In this document: positions 27,524-38,642 of the stretch, piece by piece
Position numbering within the stretch: position 1 is the first letter of the stretch
How the letters are laid out: every line of letters begins with the position of its first letter
Assembly (NCBI GenBank): GCA_001949185.1
Contig: BDGG01000003.1
Span: forward strand, 2,049,663 to 2,113,662
From: Ramazzottius varieornatus
Lineage: Eukaryota; Animalia; Tardigrada
Direction of reading: 5' to 3'
Length of the DNA stretch: 64,000 nucleotides
The notes under the pieces: generated by a model
Database searches by the model: none
Told to the model about the DNA's origin: nothing
The model's input: only the letters and a program-made list of their open reading frames with translations
Program-made: the position numbers and the translations under genes

Positions 27524-29224
27524 TTATTTCCAGCAAACAACCACGGAATGATCGGCCTCGATTCTATCGTCCAAATCAGCAATGGTTAATGCAGGTTCTA
27601 TCCGCTGCAGAATATCGTCCGTATGGTGAGCACCGTTGAACCACCGGAGTGTAGTGTTGGCTTTCACCGTGGTCTGATTGTAGCGGGTATACAACGGATA
27701 TTTGTAGACCCGACTGATGAGCCCATGCATTACGCCGAAGTCACAGAATTTCCTGTAAGACAAAGCCAGAAGAACTTCAGGACAGACCTTCCATAAGGAC
27801 TGGATATTCGGTAGGATATGCAACCGGAAGTTGGTTCTTACTTCTCGTCGATCTTATTAGCGATGGTAGTGTGTCTTGCCAGAAGGTTTTTCACTGTGAT
27901 TCCGATCTGCATATCACCATACAGAACCATTATGTCCCTAATGCTCGGTGCGTCGTTCTCTGGAAACAAGCTCAGTATTGCGGAGTTCCATGTACGAACG
28001 ATAAGAAGGATGTGTGCGTAGAGTTTACCTGCTTTCGTTACGGTCTTCAGGCACTCCCGTTGTAAAGTCCCGTTGAAGATCAGCCTTTCTATTCCCGGCA
28101 TAACTCGGTAGACGTTGGTCAGATGGAAAGCAGGAACTACTTTACAGACGTTGTAAAAGCTGGAAGCAAAAGAAGTGACACTCGTTCGGCACAGCGATAG
28201 TCAGGCACTGACACGGTCGAAGTTGTCGGACTAACATCATGTTCTGCACACAAGACTTGACGAGATCAGGGTCCGCATCCACTTCGTCGGATATCTGGTG
28301 GACATTTTTAACGCCGTCAATCAGTGGAACGATCTGGCGAGTAGTCAAGTCTTCCAGCGCCGCTAAGGAAGTGAAGTTCGAAGCCAGGATGGGCACGTCG
28401 AAGTCATGGACAGCGGCACTCTTGTTGCGATTGGCCGGAACGACCTTCAGGAACAGCGTGCTGGATTTATCTACACACAATACACTTCATCATATTCGAA
28501 ACATAACTTCCCGGTAGGACATAACGTACAGGTACTTACTGAGCTCCACGGAACATCTTCCTAGATTATTCAAGTCTGTCAGCAAACGCAACATCAGCTC
28601 TGGAAGCGTGATCTTTGAGGTCTCTGTGGATATCAGGCAGGCCTCAACCTGCGTACGAGACATCGTGAATCTGAGTTTGTAACGAGAAAAGCTGCCTTAT
28701 GAAGAGAACATAATGTTGAATCGTGCTTGCTTCCGCTGTCCGAAGGTACTCTCCGAGCTTTTTGACGATCGGTTCATACGGTGACACGTTCGCGCATTCG
28801 TCGAAGACGAAACATACGTTGAACATCAAAGCGTTCCTGGCATACTTGGCATTATCGATCTGGATAGGATAGCCTACTACTTTAAACGGACCAGAGGATC
28901 TGAAGAAAAACGTATATCTATTAAGACTCTAACATTGTAGTGCAGAGAACACGGATGCCAACCGGAAGTCGACACTCTTACATCGTTAACTGTCTTGCCA
29001 TCAGTTCAGGCTTCGGGATGATGTAGGAGCTGATTTGGTCAAAGAGACCTGAGCTTGAGAACCTTCCTTCCGGAACCTGGCTGTGCACAGGAATTAGCAG
29101 ATTATGACCAAAGAAGCAAGGATCCCAGCATGCAGTTCCTTACCTCAAATGTGATGACGGGACCAGCGCGGTTGTCAAACTCGCTAAAAAACAGGCTGAT
29201 GATCGGGTTTATCCTTTCCGCCAT
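27524..29224 (-). CDS. NPRL2: GATOR1 subunit NPRL2
   Basis: Motifs LFFSEFDNRAGPVITFE-VP, SYIIPKPEL, YARNALMFNVCFVFD, YEPIVKKLGEYL, DLTTRQIVPLIDG, FGVMHGLISRVYKYP and the C-terminal VVCWK. Confidence 0.93.
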
Positions 29225-29657
29225 TTAGTTCAGCTTCCGCAGTCCAACGGTAGCTCTCTCGTTAGCCCAGTGAGCTCAGGGATCCACATGAGTACAAAGA
29301 AGATGGATCTATGCCTTCCAGATCTACTAAAGTCGCTCTTCCGGTCGAAAACGCGATTGTCCAATGTTTTGATCAGTCAACTGGATCCGATCAATCAACT
29401 CGACTATTGTGTTTGTCGCCCTGTTCGTGATGTTCTGGCTGTTCCACAGAACACTAGTGAACCAACAGAGCGTAGGATGCTAGCACGCGGGGAACTGGAG
29501 GCAGCTTGAGCGTTACGGAGCCTGGATATATACCAAGCGAGCCTAGGCTGCCTAGCATCATCGGTTCGGACCATCTGCTGCATTCAGCCCGTTTTAAAGT
29601 GTCCACAAAACTTATCCTGGACTTCTTAGTTCTTCCATCAATCTTCCTACGGCCGAC

Positions 29658-32642
29658 ATGGAGGCCGGAAGTGAAGCCACGGAAACTTCTATAGGTATTC
29701 AGCCAGGACCGTCTAGGATCCACACGCATGCCACATTCGAAAGCTTCGATGAATTCTTTCAAGAATACACCACCTGGATGGAATCCAACTGCCATCCATT
29801 CACTGTGCACAAGAGCCACAGCAGTCCTAACCCCAAGATCCGCTACGTTCGTGTTAAATATTCCTGCGTCCATCGGGGACAACCGAAATATCGAGGAACG
29901 GGCAAACGTCCTAATCAAACTTACCTCGGGCTGGATTGTCCAGCTTTCCTCAGCATCAATTACGTTAAAGCGCTGGTACTATAAATCTTTTCTGAATACT
30001 CTTCCGTTACGAACTGATAAATTCTTATTTTCATACTGTAGGATAAGCTCGTGATCAATGGGATGCAAGAGGTGCACAATCACGAACTGGGTCCGGAACA
30101 CTACCACACATATCGCCAGAATCGTCGCCTGTCTGATGAAGAAATAGCCAAAGCGAAAGAGCTTATGGAATCCAAAGTAGGTGCGGACAAGATCGCCGAG
30201 ACAATTTCGCAAATGTCTGGTAAGGTGATCAAGAAGAAGGACGTCTACAACCTTCAAACACGGCTGCGACATGGAAAGGGTATCGAAGGCTTGATACAGC
30301 GCTCGAAAGATCGACGGCATAACAAGATTCCGAATTCTCGCGACGTCGCTCCAGACGCGTATTCAGAAGAAATCGAGATATCAAGCGAGCAACCGGAAGA
30401 AATGCCTGCACCCGTTCCGAAAGTCAGAGGTAGGGAAGCTCTTGAACGTACTGTAATCGACATTACCGGAAGTCACCCAAAAAGAAGCTAATACTGTATA
30501 CTCTCCCGAAATTCACGTACGTCACTCCATTCAGAGTGTATTTTCGCCGCGGTAAGACCCCAATGATTTGAGAGTCAGTGACGTACGTGAATTTCTGGAG
30601 AGCATACAGTAGATAGTCCGCAGTCACGTCACAACGCAGTCGGTGACTGAAGTGTCCGGCGCCACAGTTTAATACGTCGCGCAGTGACGTGACGTGACGT
30701 GACGTGACGCACGAGTATACCGCTTGTTATACAGTGTACTAAGAGTACATTTCGACTTCTACGAAAGAAGCCTTTGTTCTCTTTCTTCCTTTATAGGTCG
30801 TAAACGAAAAGCACCAGCGGAGTCCGCCACGCAGCTCCTCCTACAAAGTTCGCAGTATTCCGGATCCATCACAGACAACCATAAAACTACGCGTCGTAAC
30901 TCCGAATACAGTACCCTGGGAGAGACCGAACCCATCGAAGTGACCATCAGCTCCATCCTTCCCACCGCACTATCCGGAAGGAACCTCCGAGATCTTCAAC
31001 CAGCTCATCCTCTCGGGAACAAGCTGAACCTTATCCGCACTAATCGAGAAGGCATCAGTAATGAGTTCTTCATCCTGGACATCACATCCCGATCTACTTC
31101 CGGCCACCCGCAACCCACCGTAATCAATGATGCTCGCGCCATCTCGAACGTCGAGGCCACCATGGCCAGCATCACCAAGAGACTCGCTCAATCAAACAAC
31201 ACCACATCGACAAGTAAAAGAGTCTCTGGTCAAACAGACTGGAAGCTGAAGACTAACGCCATAGCCGATGCGTTGATAGTAGGGCTAGTTAGAGTCGCTC
31301 CGGCTAAGCAACTGAACACTTTGGCGAAAGTCTGTCGCAACTGGAAGGAGAAAATAGGGGCCGTGTTGGTCTCCCGTCAACATCCAGCTTGGATAATGGA
31401 ACACTTGATTTTAACAAAAGACAGTAAGATGGAAAATGTCCTGCCGAAGCTGAACGACAGTCTGCAGAGGCTGTCCTTTGAACCGAGGTTCGTGCTGACT
31501 TTCGTGTCCGCCGCATTGTTTCGTCCGCAGTTCGGTCCTTTGGAGAGAAGGATGAATACAGTGTCAGCTCTGAAAGACATCCTGCCGAAGAGGTCGCTTC
31601 TTTGCGAGATCTACGGTGTGGGGATCATCGGGTCTTCGCCGGTCGCAGTAGATGGTCAAACTAGCTCACAGATCATCCAAGCTCAAGAACATAACGTCAT
31701 AGGTGGTGTGTCGGTACTGATGTTACCGAACATGAAACATGTGGTCCCTGTCTGCTTGGTACTGGATTCAAAAAGACTGAAAGAAATTGAAACGTCATCG
31801 AAGATACCATCTTTCGTTGAACAGGTACAGAATGGGAGCTCGGCAAATAAACTCGACCAGATTGCTTTTCAAGTGGCGTGTGCAGCCAATAACACTGAAA
31901 ATGTGCGCCATTTGGGAGAACGATGTTGTTGAATTGTTTTGCCGAGCTTTTAATTTTAGCATCATTCGTGTCCAGTTGTTCTCTGACTTGATCTAGCCTG
32001 TTATCCGAACTTTCTTTGCTTCAGATGATGGGCTCGAATCGTCCGCCGTTGCGGAGTCTACTCATCTTCGAACACGGTTCGCCGTCTTCGAAAGCCTTGA
32101 CAAAGTTCCACAACTACCTCCTCGACACACATCCCTCCGGCTTCGCTTGTGCGGGTGTTGATGTGTGTCAGTCCAAAGCGGACTCCGCCATCTACACCAC
32201 GGACCAGCAGTGGGGACCTAAAGTGGTGGCTGTGGGCTTCCTGGGCGATTGTGTTCAGTCCAGTTCGTTGTTCCTCAACGAACGCGAGTGCGCCGACTCG
32301 CTGCTGATGGCGACACGGTTGATGGAGTGGCGGACAAGGCTGCTGTCGACCATGTTCTCTGAGTTGAATGACAATAAGAGCTTGGTGCATGTCTGCTTTG
32401 CTTTCTATAGTGATAGCGATCAAACGGGCCAAGCTATGCAAGAAGACAAGAACCCCAATACCCAGTTCGCGACGTGTTTCCCGGAAGTGCCAATTTTGGG
32501 CGTGCAAGCCAACGGGAACTTGTACGGGCATTCTACGGACTTGCCTGCCGATAGACCGACTGATAATTACAGAAGTATGCTTATGAGGAAGTCTTCTCGA
32601 GCTTGTACTTTCTGTATTGTTAGCATACCCAACTTGAAATAA
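29658..32642 (+). CDS. Putative fusion: FAR1/ZSWIM-type (WRKY-like) Zn DNA-binding domain + F-box + FIST-like domain (FBXO22-like); exons ~29658-29975, 30042-30429, 30797-31824, 32025-32642
   Basis: N-terminal FESFDEF..YSCVHRG..CPAFL..HNHEL..KKDVYNL. F-box-like APAKQLNTLAKVCRNWKE and FIST-C-like FPEVPILGVQANG. The joining intron is phase-compatible. Confidence 0.65.
30492..30611. mobile_element. Intronic MITE-like inverted repeat (~35-bp arms)
   Basis: TACTGTATACTCTCCCGAAATTCACGTACGTCACT ... AGTGACGTACGTGAATTTCTGGAGAGCATACAGTA. Confidence 0.65.
30684..30709. repeat. (GTGAC)5 microsatellite
   Basis: GTGACGTGACGTGACGTGACGTGAC read directly. Confidence 0.9.
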
Positions 32643-32972
32643 CTAAACTGACTGATTTGCTTTACTGTATTCACTTTTTCGTTCTTGTTTGCTGAAGTCG
32701 TGTTTGAATTCCGGACTGGTTCCTATACACTGATCAATCGTCTGTTGGTCAGAAGTCCAGAATGTATAAATCGTGTATTATAAAGTGATGACACAAAGCG
32801 ATTTAAAGTTGAAGAACCTAGTACTCTCGAACACATCGACGCCCAAGTGCCTAAGGCCGAAAGACTATTAAATCGACCCAGGGGAAGACCCGGAAAAGCC
32901 AAACGAGTTGATTTCAGGTCTCTTGATTGAGCAGGACCAACTGCTCCACACGGAAATCGAGTATTCGAATTA

Positions 32973-33161
32973 CACTATAGAGATTGCGAGCGAAAGCGCA
33001 CTAGCACAATTCGATACGCACAGAAACATCGTGACATCATATGTAAACATTGTGCGACTGGTTTTACACAGCCTACGAGACAAACTTGTTCCCATGATGT
33101 CACGACGTTCCTGTGCGTATCGAATTGTGCTAGTGCGCTTTCGCTCGCAATCTGTATACTG
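32973..33161. mobile_element. TA-flanked MITE with ~68-bp terminal inverted repeats (Tc1-like CA(C/G)T ends)
   Basis: AGATTGCGAGCGAAAGCGCACTAGCACAATTCGATACGCACAG..GTGACATCAT is mirrored almost perfectly at ~33093-33161, with TA on both sides. Confidence 0.8.
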
Positions 33162-34902
33162 TAGTCGAATTATTTTGTCGCTCGACGCTCTGTCAGTGTT
33201 GTTCCGATTATTGTAATACATAATTGAAAATGGCTGATTTTGGACTTTTTGGAATTCTGATACAATTTAAATTGAGAACCTTTTGCCAAGGTATTTGGAT
33301 ATTGATCGGAATTCAAGTTCAAATAGAAAATGATCAGAGTATTTTAATTCGTAATTCGAATCACACAATGGCATAATTGAAATAAGCACAATTGGAATAA
33401 GACACCACCGTCGATTTGAATTGGCGCATTATTACCGCAAAATCACAAGTTTAAGTTTTACGAGAGCTCCGCCCAAAAGGCTGGCTTCCAGCGGAGCTTT
33501 AGAATGGATCATAGACCGCTCGAGTCATCGTAGAAAGCTGTTCAGGCATTCTAAAGCCCTTAGATGGGGGAAACTATGGCAAGCTTGAGCCTATGGCGGA
33601 AAGATCAAAGGATGGGAACCAAGGTTCATTCACATCTAACGTAATAGAAATCCCAGACCGGTTTCCATAATATTGACCAATAGACAGATAGGACGATAAA
33701 CCAGCTGCGATTGGGCGGTCAACCTATCAATGCCAATGGCTAGTACCGGTGGTCAAACATAGCAAAACCAATGGCCGACGCTTAATGCTCAATTTAGAAA
33801 GATCAATGGTCAACCACTAGTGGTCAACCAACCTACCCACCCACACTGGCGATTTTACCATTGCACGATCATCTACTTTCCTACCTAGTTAGCCAGCCGC
33901 GTCGCTGCCGATCGCGCAGCAGGCAGCACGATTTAGGTCATACCCTGTCGGTCGTACCATTTTCCGACCGGCAGGGTCCTGAGAGTAATCAATTCTTTGT
34001 TAGTCAACTAGCTGTTTTCGCCAGTTGATTCGTACGAATGTGATTGATCAGATACAAAATCATGATTCGGCAAAAACTAGCAAAATTGGAAAAACCAGAA
34101 AAAAAATCGGGGAATCACCCTGAAAAAAGGAATGTGCTGTCCGGAGCTCGAGCTTCCTCTGATGATTTTGCGATTCAGAGTGCCCTTGGGTATGCCAGTC
34201 AAATCTACAGCTGTCAGCATCAAGCCCGCAGTGCAATCCGCCAATTTGTCCCCGGATTCAGCGCATTCAGAGGCCAGCACATCGGGGCTTATTTTCGCAG
34301 TCTGCCTCTCACGACTGTGTATCATTGATCGTTGATTTGATGAGGAGATAATTCGAAAAGTATCGCCGGAAGTCAAGCCATAGAACTTTCGAGTGACCTT
34401 GTGAAACGCTCAGAATTCAACGCTGATTTATGATTTTAAGACTGACATCTCAATCATCGTCAAGAATCAGTACAACGGAAAGCGGAAGTCCGATGGCAGA
34501 AGATGGGTAAGAAGCCTTTCTTGAGCACATCTCCCAAAGAATCCGTCGTGGACTTGAATCCTCCGAGAATTCCGTGCCTTCACCGTCACCGTCTGCAATG
34601 AGCTGAGCATTTCTGTTGGAACTCCAAACCGTGGAGTCCCATATCTAAAGACGTCTGCAGGGGGAAGGAAGAAGGTCATACTATATTGGAAACTAAAATC
34701 ACCAAACGACGAATTCCTGTCGGAAGCTGAATTCCGATCAATCGTAATCTTCAGTCCAGTAATACGGGAACAATTTCTATTAATCGTAAAAGTAATTCAA
34801 ACTGCAAAAGTCTTATCGGAACAACATTGCGCTCTGTCATCCTACTAGTGACTAGTTCATCTTTCCCAATTTGCAGAGTCACTTCTCGATCTGTGCCTAG
34901 GG

Positions 34903-36126
34903 ATGGACATGAATATGCAGAACGGGAAGATTCGCAAGGAGATCCTGGAGCGGGGAACAGAGCGGATCAGTCCGGAGAACGACACGAAGGTGAAATTTTA
35001 CTACAGGACGACAAAGAAAGATGGGACTGTACTGGATGACAACAAGCCAAGCGGTCAGCCTCTGGAGCTTATCTACGGCAAGCAGTTCAAGCTGGAAGTA
35101 TGGGAGGAATGCCTGAAGACGATGGAGCTGCATGAGACAGCAAATTTCTCTGTCGACGCCGATCTCCTCGGAGCTTATCCTCTTGTAGCCAAAAGTCTAC
35201 GGGACATTGCCAAAGGTATGACGAAACCTGGCTGCAACGATCACGACCATGGAGAAACGGGACATAGATGCTGCGGAATGCAAGCCATGATGGAGAAAGG
35301 ACTGGGATATCCTGACTTGGACGAGCTGATGAAGGTACGAGTTACAACATTACCTTGTTGTTTGATCGTTGATTGAACGTGCTGGCTCTACAACATGGCA
35401 GCCTCGTGGCTTCGGTTGAAAACATCAATCAATAATTTCAGGCCGTAAGAACGGCGCTTTCACGAGGGCACCGCCTTGAATGCTAGCATGGCCTTGTTCA
35501 CAGTCATACCGGAAGTGATGCGTTTCTGGCTGTCTTGCCTGTCTAATATTTTGTTTTGCTCTTAGACTCCAGAGCCGTTGGACTTCACATTGGAGCTGGT
35601 TGAGGTTCGTCGACCTGGTTCGTACGAGAAAGATTCATGGGCGATGGACGAGACAGAGAAGCGAACCTCTATTCCACAACTGCACGAAGAAGGCAACCAT
35701 CTCTACAAGAAACAAAAATACGTTGAAGCTGCCGACCGCTACAGCCGCGCTCTGGGTCTTCTGGAAGAACTGATGGGTAGAGAGCAACCTGATTCTCCGG
35801 AATGGAAAAAGCTCGACACAGTGAAGGACCCGCTTCTCCTGAACTACGTCCAGTGCCAGTTGATCCTGGGCCATCCAAACGAAGCCATCGAGCACGCCAC
35901 CTCGATTCTCGAGAAGGACCCAACCAATGTCAAAGCTCGCTACCGTCGAGCCAAAGCCCATGTCATGGCGTGGAATCCTAAAGAAGCCAGAGAAGACTTC
36001 GCCAAAGCGCTGGAGCTGGATAGGGCGCTCGAAGGAGCCATTCAGAAAGATTTGAGGCAGCTCGATAGTATTCAGAAGCAACGCGACGCGGAAGACCGCG
36101 AACGCTTGCGTCACTTATTCGGCTAA
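34903..36126 (+). CDS. AIP: AH receptor-interacting protein (FKBP-like + TPR), 2 coding exons
   Basis: Motifs PLELIYGKQFKLEVWE, YPLVAKSLRDI, HRCCG, LGYPDLDELMK, PLLLNYVQCQL and NVKARYRRAKAHVMAWN. Confidence 0.93.
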
Positions 36127-36706
36127 GAAATTCTGTTTCGCTACGTGAATTTAGTTTAAATTCTTCTCGCTATGATACGCAGATCGGTTTGTTCTGTTTA
36201 TTTTGTCTTTCGTCCAAACGAACACGTATGCTGTAAAATCCCGCCAGTCAGGAAAAAGATTTGACGTTACGTCTTGCGCGGATTAATTTTAAAACAATAG
36301 GAATAACGTATCAGCTTGCGCAACATCAGCGGTAGACAAAATTGTACATGGAATATCGGGGATATTTTCTGCTGTGTCCGCGCCTTTTGTCGGTTACCTG
36401 CACTTGCCTATGGTCGTGAACTCGTGGCGAATTGTGATGAATTCACGGTTAACATAAGAGGGACATCACTCTAACTGCAATGGCGTATAAACACGGCAAG
36501 GGACGCACTAACGCCCATTCTGCTAGTTTCTGGCGAACTTTGCCCCTTCGTAAGCATGTATTGTAAATAAACTGAGTTATCACCGATAAGGTCCACCTAT
36601 TTAACTATTAACTGATCCCGGATTAACACTTTGTACGGCCTGGTTCAGTTCGCCTAGCTTCTCTGCCGCACCGAAGTTCCTTCCGCGGAAGTGTGGAGTT
36701 AGAAAC

Positions 36707-38378
36707 ATGATCACCAGGAGTGCTATATCCAAGCAGGTGGTCCTCGCTTTCGCTCTTGGTTTCTTCTTCAGTGCCTTTGTCCTGATTGAGTTTCGGAAAG
36801 CGGGTCAAAACCAATTGTTATCACAGCTCGCGGTCCTCAACGGCGCAGCAGGGCTGAAAGGAGCTTTGGCGGATGCCCCCAGGGGAAGACGAGGACCTGA
36901 CCAGCCGATACTGAATGATGTACCTGGCGACCCATGGCCAGGAGAAACCGTCGCCCAAAAGCTTTATAAGCAAGTTCGAGTGTTCTGTTGGATAATGACT
37001 AACCCGAAAAATCGGGATAGAGCCATGGCGGTGAAGGCCACGTGGGCCAAACGCTGTAACGGATATGTGTTCGTCAGCTCGGAAGATAACGCGACCCTAC
37101 CGGTGGTGAACGCGTCAGTTCCTGAAGGAAGGGATCATCTGTGGGGCAAAACAAAATTCGGTTTCCGGTAAGTGGAGAAAAGTCCACGAATCTATAAAAA
37201 AAAGCAACTTGCTCGTTCCGACATTTTATTTGGGAGCTGGGTAAACAAAACGGTGCGCCAATCAAGACAACAATCTTGTACGTTCCCTTGCCAAGCTCAA
37301 ATTTTGTTTTCCGGTGCGGTGAGACTTTGCTTGGTTGCTAATTTCAGGTATGCGTACAACACATCGTTGGAAAAGTACGACTGGTTCATGAAAGCTGACG
37401 ACGATACCTACATGATCCTCGAGAACCTTCGTCATCTTTTGTCGAACTATTCCAGCAAAGATCCCATTTATTTTGGATGTCAGTTCAAGCCTTTTACTCC
37501 ACAAGGTGATGTTTGAAAAAGTGACAGAACGGTCTTGTTTTCTGTTTGACTTTTGGAACGTTGACTGAATGGACTTTCTTCTTCTAGGTTATATGTCTGG
37601 AGGAGCCGGCTACGTTCTGAGTCGCGAAGCTCTTCGGCGCTTTGTCGAAGACGGTCTAAACAAAGACAAGTGCCGGAAGGACGATGGTGGTGTGGAGGAT
37701 GGGGAAGCAGGGAAATGTCTACATACTGTCGGCGTCAAAGCTATGGACGCTCGTGATTCCACAGGACGCGGAAGGTTTTTCCCGTTTGTCCCCGAAGGCC
37801 ATTTGAAACCCGGCCACATGAAAGGAGTACGTCTGCTGAAAATCAACTGAATTGATATGCTGAAATATGCGAAGCAGGCAGACGAATTCGCCCAAGTCGT
37901 CTTTTCAAGTGGCGCACGTTAGTTTCGTTGTCATTCGACGAAAAGCGTGCGCTACTTGGAAAAACAATCTAGGTGAATTCATTTGCCCAGAAACTGAGAC
38001 CATCTCATAATTTATTAGATTGAAAAAAATACAGTAGTATATGATATTCCAAGAAAAACTTGATGAAAGGAACGGAATCGAAACTCGGGACCACAGATTT
38101 TCGAACAAGCCGAAGCGTAACAGAATTTTACAACAGGTTTATATGGTGAGTGCTGCTTGCAGGACTGGTGGTATCCGCAATATCTGAAGTACCCGGAAGG
38201 CGACCTTCTCGACTGCTGTTCGGACACCGCTATATCGTTCCACTACGTAAATGACCTCCACATGTATGTTCTGGAGTACCTAATATACCACTTGAAGCCA
38301 TATGGGACGCCTCCCACCGTTTATCATCCTCCCCCAATCACCGTTCACAATACTTCCGGCGTGAAACGCATCCGGTAG
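36707..38378 (+). CDS. C1GALT1: Core 1 beta-1,3-galactosyltransferase (T-synthase family)
   Basis: Type II TM anchor. Motifs [55 protein letters not shown] and [12 protein letters not shown]. Confidence 0.93.
37250..37276. repeat. Palindromic element family half copy (C1GALT1 intron 1)
   Basis: Right arm only: GTGCGCCAATCAAGACAACAATCT. Confidence 0.6.
37894..37970. repeat. Palindromic element family copy (C1GALT1 intron 3)
   Basis: TTTTCAAGTGGCGCAC-29nt-GTGCGCTACTTGGAAAA. Confidence 0.85.
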
Positions 38379-38642
38379 CTCCATCGGAACCATACCATCC
38401 CTCCAGCGGTTGGTTCAAGCTAACTGCTGAATTGGTACTCAAGGATTTGCCAAAGTCTGTGATAGCAAAAGTGTTCATTGTTAGATATTCCATACTCTGC
38501 GAATTTTTGTATACGGCTTTGTGATTTTACAACATCATTGAAACTTTGATTTCGTTACGTGATACTACGTGGCGGATTTACTTTTCGACCTACCAGTATT
38601 TCTCAGTCAAGTCGACCTATCTCGTTTTACACTGAGGTTGTT

